From: Candidatus Krumholzibacteriia bacterium
GTDB taxonomy: Bacteria > Krumholzibacteriota > Krumholzibacteriia > LZORAL124-64-63
Direction of reading: 5' to 3'
Assembly (NCBI GenBank): GCA_036351155.1
Contig: JAZBOO010000223.1
Coordinates: 1-27,169, forward strand
Length of the DNA stretch: 27,169 bases
Both the position numbers and the translations under genes were made by a program. The notes beneath the pieces are model-generated. The model was not told the origin of the DNA. It saw only the letters and a program-made list of their open reading frames with translations, and searched no databases. Below are positions 18,245 through 26,258 of the stretch, piece after piece. The number at the start of each line of letters is the position of its first letter. The first letter of the stretch is position 1.

Positions 18245-19993
18245 TCAGGACTTGCGGCGCCAGACCACCATGGTCAGGTCATCGCCCGCGTCGATCTCGC
18301 CGGGCTGGGGGCCTGAATCCAGATCGTCGGGATTGAAAACCTTGTGCGAAGCACTTCCGGCCACGTGGGCCAGGACCCCCCGGATGACACGGCTGATCAA
18401 CTCCTCGCAGGGCCTGCCTGCGCAGTAGCGCACGATCGATTCCAGTCCGGATTCCTCGAACTCCACATCCTGCCAGTCGGTGGCCTCGGTGATGCCGTCG
18501 GTGTAGGACACCACCAGATCGCCCGGATGCAGGGTGACGTCCATGACGGGATACTGCATGTCCGGAAACATTCCCAGCGGTGTGCCCGCCGGCTTGAGCC
18601 ACTCGGTCTCTCCGCTTTGCCGCAGGAGCATGGGAGGGTTGTGCCCTGCGCTGGCATAGCGAAATCCCAGGCCCTCGGGGTCCAGAACGGCCACGAACAG
18701 GGTGGCAAAATGTTCGGGGTTGGTGCTTTCGAACAGGGCGTTGTTGACCGCGTTCAGGAGCTGTCCGGGATCATTGAACACCAGGCTCAACGCGCGCAGG
18801 CAGGCCTGGAGGTTGCTGGCCAGCAAGGAGGCCGGCATCCCCTTGCCGCACACGTCGGCAATCACCAGTCCCACCAGGCCGTCTTTCATTTTCAGGAAGT
18901 CGTAATAATCGCCACTGACCTGAAGCGAAGGAGTGTTGACCGCCGCCAGTTCGAAGTGGGGCAGATCGGGCTGTTTCTGGGGGAGCAGGTGCTGCTGGAT
19001 GTCCCGGGCCATGGCCAGCTGCTCTTCCAGCTTCTCCTTGGCCAGGGTGTCTTCAAATCCTTCCAGACCCACGCGCGCCGCCTGACGCTTGGATTCCTGC
19101 AGCGTTTTCTGGAAATGCTGGCCATCGAGGTCCAGCCCCACCAGACGGGAAAGGTCCAGGACCTCGCGGTCCACCTTGGCGGCCAGGGCTTCCACGGCCG
19201 GTTGAGCCAGCCCCAGATGCTCGCCCAGTTGATCCAGGGCCACGGGCTCTCGCCCATCGCCACAGATTCCGAAATGGAAAGACCGCACCATGGTGATGGC
19301 ATCGCGCAGCAGGCTGATGATGCGGTCCGATTCCTCGCACACCTCACCCGGTTCGTAGTCCTCGCAGTGGTACTCCAGGACATCGGCAAACACACGGGGC
19401 AGACCCCACTGCTTGAGAATTCGCGCCCCCAGTTCTCCGCTGTGGAAATCCAGGACCCGCAGCTCGGCTTCGGTGCGGCTCAGGTGGCACTCCTGCGCCA
19501 TGGACAGGGCCTGGCTCAGCCCTTCCTGGGCGGTCTGGTCCATGGCCACCAGGCCGATTCCATGCAGAATTCCGGCCAGCCAGGCGTCCTCGTAGGCCCG
19601 GTCGCCGCGCTGCCAGGCCAATCCCTGGGCACAGCTGGCGGTGGCCAGGTTGTACTTCCAGAATTCCTTCATGTCCAGGGTGTTGCCGGTCTGGTCCAGG
19701 GGGTTCATGTCGTGCATGCCCATGAACATGCTCACGTTGCGCACCCGGCGCAAACCCAGGCGCACCAGGGCGGCCCGCAGGTCGGTGGTCTGGTTGGCTC
19801 CGGCCAGGGCGGCGCTGTTGGCCAGCGCCAGGAAGCGCATGGTCATGACGCCATCGCTCTGGATCAGGCGGCAAAGATCACCGATGTCGCAGTCCGGATC
19901 GCTGGTCTGGGAGACGATCTGGGCGGCCACGGTGGGCAGGCTGCCAACCTCTTCAACAAGGTCGGCCACGAAGTATTTGCTGGTGGTTTCCAT
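18245..19993 (-). CDS. HDOD-domain / SpoIIE-type PP2C (RsbU-like) Ser/Thr phosphatase fusion
   Basis: HDOD: SLPTVA, LIQSD..LALANSA, ALVRLG, FWKY, AGILHGIG, HSGELGA.IL..WGLP. PP2C: QLAMARDIQQHLLP, VSGDYYD, IADVCGKG, ASAGHNPP, YTDGITEA, DDLT. Confidence 0.9.
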   Translation of the reverse strand: METTSKYFVADLVEEVGSLPTVAAQIVSQTSDPDCDIGDLCRLIQSDGVMTMRFLALANSAALAGANQTTDLRAALVRLGLRRVRNVSMFMGMHDMNPLDQTGNTLDMKEFWKYNLATASCAQGLAWQRGDRAYEDAWLAGILHGIGLVAMDQTAQEGLSQALSMAQECHLSRTEAELRVLDFHSGELGARILKQWGLPRVFADVLEYHCEDYEPGEVCEESDRIISLLRDAITMVRSFHFGICGDGREPVALDQLGEHLGLAQPAVEALAAKVDREVLDLSRLVGLDLDGQHFQKTLQESKRQAARVGLEGFEDTLAKEKLEEQLAMARDIQQHLLPQKQPDLPHFELAAVNTPSLQVSGDYYDFLKMKDGLVGLVIADVCGKGMPASLLASNLQACLRALSLVFNDPGQLLNAVNNALFESTNPEHFATLFVAVLDPEGLGFRYASAGHNPPMLLRQSGETEWLKPAGTPLGMFPDMQYPVMDVTLHPGDLVVSYTDGITEATDWQDVEFEESGLESIVRYCAGRPCEELISRVIRGVLAHVAGSASHKVFNPDDLDSGPQPGEIDAGDDLTMVVWRRKS

Positions 19994-20000
19994 GCCCCGG

Positions 20001-20027
20001 ATATCGGCCGGGGCAGGGGGGGATTGA
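20001..20027 (-). promoter_or_regulatory. Sigma-28-type promoter of the HDOD-PP2C gene, probably leaderless
   Basis: Minus strand reads TCAA (20027-20024), 15 bp spacer, GCCGATAT (20008-20001), then 7 nt to the ATG at 19993. Confidence 0.6.
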
Positions 20028-20074
20028 GTGATTGTTTGGGCCGGGACTAGGAATTGCCGGGTCCTGTTTTGCTG

Positions 20075-21850
20075 TTATTTTACGAGCGAAATTTTTCCGC
20101 TGCCCAGGTTCTGCCCGTTGCCGTCCAGGCGATACAGGTAGGTCCCCGTCGGGAGGGTGGTCCCGTCCAGCCCCTGACCCTGCCAGGTGACCTTGCCGGT
20201 GCCTGCACCGTACTGCCGCACCCCGCTGGTCCAGACCAGACGACCGCGCAGGTCGTGGATCTTCACCGTCAGTTCCGTGTCCGCAGGAAGATCGAAGCTG
20301 ATGGTCGTGCTGGGATTGAACGGATTGGGCCAGGCCTTGTGGCGCAGCGTGAGGCGGGCCGGTGTGTTTTCCTCGTCGGTAACCGGACTGAAGGTCTGGT
20401 TGTCCTCACGAATCTCGTCCACGTTGATATGGCCGAAAGGCTGGTTCTCCTGATCCACGATCCGCAACACCACCTCGTAGCTCTGGAGAGGTGCCAGGTT
20501 CCACTGGCGCAGGGTCATCAGTTCCTGATTGTTGCCGGTTTCGGTGTAGATGATGGTGTCGGCTGCGGCGTCCACCAGGGCCACGTAGCAGGTTTCAGGA
20601 TAATAGCCCCCGCCGACCAGCAGGGTCATGCGGGTGCCCGTGATGGTGAAGGGGTAGCTTTCCAGAATGCCGGTGGCGGCATCGCCCAGCTGGGTGCCCG
20701 GCGAGCCACGGCCGCTCAGTGGGCCCTGGTAGTATTCCTTGCTCCCGTAGAAGCCGTGGCCCACGATGCCCGCCGGCTCGTCGCCACGCGCGGCCGGGTT
20801 GTCGCCATAGGTGGGCTGTGCCAGGTTGGACGACCCGCTCCAGGAGGCCCATTGCTCCTCCAGGGGCACGGGCTGATAGGGGTCGATGTGCCCATCGGTG
20901 CCGATCACCAGGGTGTCCAGTCGGACCACATAGCTGCGCAGTCCCGTGGACGGAGTATCGAAGGGAGCAATGCGGGCGAAGATGGGAATTCCCGGGTCGA
21001 ATTCCTTCACCTCGGGGGCGTAGCCGTAGTCGATCCACTGGCGGTGATCCATGGACCAGTCCCCGAAGAAGTCGCCGGCAATGACGCTGATGCCTCCGGT
21101 GTCGTATTCGCCGAAGTAGAGGATCTCCTTGTCCCACATTTGCTTGTACTGCGGGCTTTCCGGGACTCGCCAGAAATCTTCCCCGTCATTGATGTAGGGT
21201 GTGCCCACATCGGTCCAGTTTTCCAGGTCCAGGGACACGCCGTGATAAAGCACTCCGGTGCCCTCGCCATCGAAGTTCTTCTTGGCGGTGACCAGCATGT
21301 GGTACAGGCCGTCCAGTTCCACCACCTGGGGATCCCGGAAGTCACTCCACCATCCTTCCGGATTCCATACGTAGGCCCCGGGTTCCGGGACCACCACCGG
21401 GTTGTGAGGAACCTTGGTCCAGGTGTAAAGGTCGTCGCTGGTGGCCATGGCAATCCGCTGGTTCATGCGGCTGTCACAGGCGGTGTAGGCCATCATCCAC
21501 CTTTGACCGGCCTCGTCGAAAAAGACGTCCGGAGCCCACATGGCGCCCTCGTCCCAGTAGCCCTGGCCCACGGTCAGCACCGGGTCCTCGATGGTCCAGT
21601 TTTTCAGGTCCAGACTGCTGGCGTGCCAGATGGTGTCGGCGTAGGACGCCTGGGGGGTGGTCTCGTGGATGGTGTGATAAAAAATGTGGTACACCGAGTC
21701 GGGGCGGACGATGCTGAAATCCCACACCTGGCGCCCCGGATGCACGAAGTATTTCTGTTCGAAATCGAAGTGCACCAGGGCCTGGGCCGTTCCGGCCAGG
21801 GTCAAGAGCACCAGGATGAGGAGGTGAGAAAATCTGGCGGCTCTGGACAC
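20075..21850 (-). CDS. Secreted clan GH-J (GH32-like) five-bladed beta-propeller glycoside hydrolase with an accessory beta-sandwich and a C-terminal FlgD-Ig/T9SS-like domain
   Basis: Signal peptide ending AQA. Motifs VWDFS, HASSLDLKNW, MWAPDV, FRDP and PESP; module GILES.PF..LVGGG...LRIVD...FGHINVD; tail WPNPFNPSTTISFDLP...TW.G...LPTGTYLYRL...KISLVK. The start (GTG 21850) is uncertain. Confidence 0.8.
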   Translation of the reverse strand: MSRAARFSHLLILVLLTLAGTAQALVHFDFEQKYFVHPGRQVWDFSIVRPDSVYHIFYHTIHETTPQASYADTIWHASSLDLKNWTIEDPVLTVGQGYWDEGAMWAPDVFFDEAGQRWMMAYTACDSRMNQRIAMATSDDLYTWTKVPHNPVVVPEPGAYVWNPEGWWSDFRDPQVVELDGLYHMLVTAKKNFDGEGTGVLYHGVSLDLENWTDVGTPYINDGEDFWRVPESPQYKQMWDKEILYFGEYDTGGISVIAGDFFGDWSMDHRQWIDYGYAPEVKEFDPGIPIFARIAPFDTPSTGLRSYVVRLDTLVIGTDGHIDPYQPVPLEEQWASWSGSSNLAQPTYGDNPAARGDEPAGIVGHGFYGSKEYYQGPLSGRGSPGTQLGDAATGILESYPFTITGTRMTLLVGGGYYPETCYVALVDAAADTIIYTETGNNQELMTLRQWNLAPLQSYEVVLRIVDQENQPFGHINVDEIREDNQTFSPVTDEENTPARLTLRHKAWPNPFNPSTTISFDLPADTELTVKIHDLRGRLVWTSGVRQYGAGTGKVTWQGQGLDGTTLPTGTYLYRLDGNGQNLGSGKISLVK

Positions 21851-21986
21851 AGAGACGATTCTTTGGGATGTTGAGAGGCACTGGGGAGTGGACAAGGCGA
21901 GTTGCTCCCTGGGGATGGCCGCCGGCCGACCTGTAATGATGGGCGAAAAAGTAAAATCTACCCTGGATGATCTTGATGTCATCGGT

Positions 21987-22007
21987 ACCTTCAAGCGACC
22001 TTCAAGC
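21987..22007. repeat. Tandem 10-bp direct repeat with an 11-bp period in a divergent intergenic region (candidate operator)
   Basis: ACCTTCAAGC at 21987-21996 and at 21998-22007. Confidence 0.6.
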
Positions 22008-22034
22008 TGAAAGTATGATTGGTATTTTAGCACA

Positions 22035-23159
22035 ATGAGGCACTTTTCGTCAAACCTGAACGATTTTTTCTGGCCCCATCAAGAGGACCGAAAGAGGCGC
22101 GGGCTTCGGGCCATGATGGTGGTAATTGCCTTGATGACAACATTTTCCGGAGCCAAAGCTGCCCGCCAGCCTGAGCTCGAAATCGCCCGGATTCGCCAAG
22201 AAATGGCCCAGATCGACAGTTTACTGGCGGTCGAGGCCCTTGATCTGGCCGTGGAGCAGGCCCGGAACCTGAATGATCGGCATGGAGAACATCCCCGGCT
22301 GGGTGGTGCGGTGATCGCCAGGCTGGGCCTGGCCTTGCTGCGACAGAACAAGCCGGGCGAGGCCCTGGAACACCTGGAAAGAGCGGTCCGGCTGGATACG
22401 AGACGGGCGGAAAATCACCGCAACCTGGGTTTTGCCCTGCTGGAACTGGGACGTCGGGGCCGGGCCCTTTCGGAATACGCCCAGGCGGTGGAACTGGCGC
22501 CCCGGGAGTTCTCTTTCCGGCTGGAGTATGGACAGCTGCTGCTGGACTTCGGAGATTTTCGGCGGGCGGGGGGCCATCTCCTGGAAGCACGGAATCTGTG
22601 CGGTGATTGTGCGGAAATTCAGATTCCGCTGGCCCGCTACTTCCTGGCGGCGAGCCGCTTCGAGGAAGCGGCAGCCGTGCTGATGAATTTGCCGGAGGGA
22701 CAGAAGGACCTCGGCATTCGTCGCGCGCTCATCCAGGCGGTGCAGGGGGCCGGGCGCGATTCCCTTCTCCTGACCGTCCTGGCCGAGGGTGATCTGACCG
22801 GCTTGCCCGGCGATGAAGCCCGCCTGCTGGTGGAAACTGAAGGCCGTTTGAAGAGCGTGGAGTACAGTGCGGGCTTTGCGGCGGCTCTGGCGGCCGGCAA
22901 GGACGAGGATTATCCGTCCGCCGTGCGCGATGATCCGGGCTTCTGGGGTCTGGTCTCGTACAACTTGCTGCTGGCCAAGCGGGACGAACTGGCCTTGACC
23001 GCGCTGGACCGAGCCGTCACCCTGGACGATGAAAACGTGGTCTTCCGCAACAACCGCGTGGTGCTGCTGACCCGACTGGGACGTCATGAAGAGGCGGCCG
23101 AGGAGTGGGACAGGGTGCTGGCCCTCGATCCGAGTCTCAAGGAGCGCAACCCGCAATGA
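22035..23159 (+). CDS. Exported tetratricopeptide-repeat protein
   Basis: TPR-like helices (LGLALL..EALEHLERAVRLD, NLGFALLELGR..ALSEYAQAVELAP, LGRHEEAAEEWDRVLALDP) and a hydrophobic leader ending AKA. Start is 22035 or 22113. Confidence 0.8.
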   Translation: MRHFSSNLNDFFWPHQEDRKRRGLRAMMVVIALMTTFSGAKAARQPELEIARIRQEMAQIDSLLAVEALDLAVEQARNLNDRHGEHPRLGGAVIARLGLALLRQNKPGEALEHLERAVRLDTRRAENHRNLGFALLELGRRGRALSEYAQAVELAPREFSFRLEYGQLLLDFGDFRRAGGHLLEARNLCGDCAEIQIPLARYFLAASRFEEAAAVLMNLPEGQKDLGIRRALIQAVQGAGRDSLLLTVLAEGDLTGLPGDEARLLVETEGRLKSVEYSAGFAAALAAGKDEDYPSAVRDDPGFWGLVSYNLLLAKRDELALTALDRAVTLDDENVVFRNNRVVLLTRLGRHEEAAEEWDRVLALDPSLKERNPQ

Positions 23160-24058
23160 TCCGGTTTTTTTGTTCTGTTCTGATGTCCGTTCAGCTGGCG
23201 GTTCTGCTGGCCGGGTGCGGGCCCACTCCGCAGGGTGTGGAAACCGATCCGGCGGCGGCCCGGGATCTGGATTTCCCCGGTGCCCTCCACGAGCCGGCAC
23301 CACCGGAAGCCAAATGGCGGGGGCACCAGCTGAAAGATTGTCCCGAAGATTTGCCGGCGCCCGGCCGGGTGGAAAGCCTGCTGGGATTGTGCACCGAGTT
23401 CTTCCAGGAGGGTTCGGGCAGTGACGGCATGATCGAACTGGAGATGGCCCTGGAGGAGGGCCTGCGGCACGGGCTCATCGACCTGACCCTGGGCCAGCTT
23501 TACCTCCTGGCGGGGCAGGGCGATCAGGCGCTGCTGCCGGTGGAAGGGCCGGCCGCCGATGTGGGCAACTGGAGCCGCAACAAGGCGCGACTGCTGGCCC
23601 GGGCCGATCGCCTGCTGCATCGCGCCCGGGAGGCCATGCCCTCGGAGGCGGCGGTGGACTACCTGCTGGCCGACGTGGCCCGGGCCCGGGGAGACCAGGA
23701 AACGGCCGCGAGTTTTGCCGAACTGGCCCAGGGAAAATGCACCGGCGGGCGTGGGTTTACCATTCTGCGCACCTTTCAGCAGCTGAACCGGTATCCCGCC
23801 AAGTACCTGGGCGGCGCTTCTCCACAGTTCCCGGAAGACGCCCTGGCGCGGGGGGTGGATGGCGAGGTGGTGGTGGACCTGCTGATAGATCCGGGGGCAC
23901 GCGTGCGCCAGGCCGAGCAGATCAGCAGTCCGGACCCGGCCCTGGCCCAGGCGGCTCTGACAGCCCTGCGGGAAGGGGATTTCGAGGCCGCCCGGGTAGG
24001 AAAATACCCCGTTTGGAGCTGGCTGAGGGTGACCATCGCCTTCAACCTGAGCCCCTGA
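23156..24058 (+). CDS. Lipoprotein with a helical/TPR-like region and a C-terminal TonB_C domain
   Basis: Lipobox LLAG-C; ATG overlaps the TPR gene stop (ATGA). C-terminus PQFPEDALARGVDGEVVVDLLIDPGARV...LAQAALTAL...F.AAR..KYPV...VTIAFNL. Confidence 0.8.
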   Translation: MIRFFCSVLMSVQLAVLLAGCGPTPQGVETDPAAARDLDFPGALHEPAPPEAKWRGHQLKDCPEDLPAPGRVESLLGLCTEFFQEGSGSDGMIELEMALEEGLRHGLIDLTLGQLYLLAGQGDQALLPVEGPAADVGNWSRNKARLLARADRLLHRAREAMPSEAAVDYLLADVARARGDQETAASFAELAQGKCTGGRGFTILRTFQQLNRYPAKYLGGASPQFPEDALARGVDGEVVVDLLIDPGARVRQAEQISSPDPALAQAALTALREGDFEAARVGKYPVWSWLRVTIAFNLSP

Positions 24059-24199
24059 GGGACCTTGGCCCGGAGGGAAAGATCAACTCCCGGTTGATTT
24101 GCAGGGGGTTGTACCCTTATTTTTCCATGAGCACAGATTGTGCCGGTGCCCAAGGTCGGTTCCGGCAATCCCGTACCCCCGCTGGAGGTCGCGCTGAAT

Positions 24200-25609
24200 A
24201 TGAAGTGGCCGAACAACCGCTTCCTTCTGCTGTCTTACTTTGTCTTGCTGACAGTCCTGGTGACCGTTGGGTGCACCAGCAAGGAAGATCCTTCCGAGGT
24301 CTTGCCCCTGTGTGGCAATCACACCTGTGGCGATTTGAAGATGGTGACCACCGACACGTCCAGTGACGGGTTCCACTATCTCAACCCGACGTTGTCCCCT
24401 GACGGATCGCGGATTCTCTTCAGTGCCGACTGGAAGGCCATCCCGTCCATTGAACGGTACGATGAGGATGCTTTCTACACGCAGCACCGGCAAATGATCG
24501 TCATCCCTGTACCGGATCCCTATCTGGAAGATCCCTCCAGCAGCCTGCGCAGCCAGGATGCGATGCTGATCCGGATCAGTGGATTCCTGACTTCGGTGTA
24601 CATCTCCGGCAGCTCTGTGAACCTTGATCAGGCTCTGAATGACCGCAAGGGTGGGCCCATCTGGATGGACGATGAAAATGTCATCTTCTGGATGAACACA
24701 CCCCGCGGCAACCGGCTTTTCACCTCCGACATCAGCGGGATTTGTCCGGATCCGGCCTGCAATGCGGCCGCACTGCCGATGTTCATGGAGCCGGACGATG
24801 CCACCCCCAACGGTGGACCCTTCCACCACATGGAACCGGCCCTGTCGCCCGATGGCAACTGGCTGCTGTTCACCCGTAGTGGCTGTGCCATCCCCGATTC
24901 TTTCGAGACCTGTACCAACGTGGACCTGCGGGTTCTGCGCATGGACACCTGGGGCCTCGACAACGGTTACGATGCCGATGTGCTCCCGCTGACCACGGCC
25001 ATCTCTCGTCTGGAGAAACCCCGGTGGTCGCCTGACGGCAGCAAGATCATCTTCTCGGCCGGACTGGACCTGGACGGCGAGAGCACGCTGGGCACCGAGA
25101 TCTTCACCATCGATTTCGACACCACCGGCTGGGACACCGGAGCCCTGACCCTGAACAACAATCTGGACCGCTTGACCTATACCAAGTACTCCAGTGGCGA
25201 CCCCATCGTGGGCGTGTTCAATACCTCGCCGGCCTTCACGCCGGACATGAGCGAGGTCTACTTCGTTTCTTCCCGGCGGGCTCCCTCGATCACTCTCCAT
25301 GATCGCAACCTGTGGCGGATTCCTGCCGACGGCAGCCTGGATCCGGAGATCCTGTTCTTCACCCGGGCCGACGACATGGACCTGGAAGTCCAGGCCGATG
25401 GGTCCATCCTGTTCAGCAGCTTGCTGGGCTTCCCCACCGAGATGCTGGACCGCCTGGAAGACGCGGCCTACCAGGACATCGTGGATGACAACAACGAGAA
25501 CAACACCGGCCTGACCGAGGTTGAAATGCGGGCCCTGGCTTCGGACCAGCGCCGCTTGCTCGAGTTCTTCGAGGGCGTCATGGCCCAGCTCTACTTCTTC
25601 ACCCCCTAG
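24200..25609 (+). CDS. TolB-like (PD40 repeat) beta-propeller lipoprotein
   Basis: Lipobox-like TVG-C. PD40 repeats PTLSPDGSRILFS, PALSPDGNWLLFT, PRWSPDGSKIIFS and PAFTPDMSEVYFVS. SD GGAGG upstream of ATG 24200. Confidence 0.82.
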   Translation: MKWPNNRFLLLSYFVLLTVLVTVGCTSKEDPSEVLPLCGNHTCGDLKMVTTDTSSDGFHYLNPTLSPDGSRILFSADWKAIPSIERYDEDAFYTQHRQMIVIPVPDPYLEDPSSSLRSQDAMLIRISGFLTSVYISGSSVNLDQALNDRKGGPIWMDDENVIFWMNTPRGNRLFTSDISGICPDPACNAAALPMFMEPDDATPNGGPFHHMEPALSPDGNWLLFTRSGCAIPDSFETCTNVDLRVLRMDTWGLDNGYDADVLPLTTAISRLEKPRWSPDGSKIIFSAGLDLDGESTLGTEIFTIDFDTTGWDTGALTLNNNLDRLTYTKYSSGDPIVGVFNTSPAFTPDMSEVYFVSSRRAPSITLHDRNLWRIPADGSLDPEILFFTRADDMDLEVQADGSILFSSLLGFPTEMLDRLEDAAYQDIVDDNNENNTGLTEVEMRALASDQRRLLEFFEGVMAQLYFFTP

Positions 25610-25625
25610 GCGAAGGACAAGAGCG

Positions 25626-26258
25626 TTGGCAAACCTGGTCGTACTGCGCCGCGAAATGGTGGAAGTCGGCCGCCTGATGGAAAACAAGGGCCTCATCGTG
25701 GCCACCGAAGGGAACCTGTCAGTTCGCCTCGGTGGCCATTCTTTTTTGGTCTCACCCTCGGGTGTGGGCAAGGGGGAAATGCGGGTCCAGGATCTGCTGG
25801 AAGTGGGGGACGACGGCACCACCAGCCGCGGCAAGGTCACCAGCGAGTGGCCTCTGCATCATACCATCTACCAGACGCGCCCCGATGTGAAGGCCATCTG
25901 CCACGCCCACTCACCCTGGTCCACGGCCTTTGCCTGCGCGGGCCGGGATCTCGACGGGCGCCTGCTCACCGAAACCGCCGACCTCTTGCCCCGTGTTCCT
26001 CTGGCACCCCGCGCTCAGCCCGGCACCGATTCCCTGGCCGCTTCGGTCATCCCCTTCATCCGCGATCACGATGCCGTCCTGCTGGGCAACCACGGCGTGG
26101 TGGCCGTGGGCAAGGACCTGCGTGCGGCCTTCGCCTTGCTGCAAACCGTCGAGCGTCTGGCCCAGGTCACCCTGCTGACCGAGATGGCCCAGGGGAATTG
26201 TGGTCTGGAGGCGGGGGTGCGGCAGGGATTGCTGGATGGATGGCAAAAGGGATATTAG
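25626..26258 (+). CDS. Class II aldolase/adducin family protein (FucA/MtnB-like)
   Basis: EGNLSVR, SPSG, TSEWPLH..IY, AICHAHSP and LLGNHG (metal-binding His residues). TTG start at 25626 after AAGGA is inferred. Confidence 0.88.
   Translation: MANLVVLRREMVEVGRLMENKGLIVATEGNLSVRLGGHSFLVSPSGVGKGEMRVQDLLEVGDDGTTSRGKVTSEWPLHHTIYQTRPDVKAICHAHSPWSTAFACAGRDLDGRLLTETADLLPRVPLAPRAQPGTDSLAASVIPFIRDHDAVLLGNHGVVAVGKDLRAAFALLQTVERLAQVTLLTEMAQGNCGLEAGVRQGLLDGWQKGY

Noticed and set aside
22599..22610. CGDC in the TPR protein as a heme or metal site
   Set aside because: No following His and no second Cys pair. More likely a disulfide in an exported protein.
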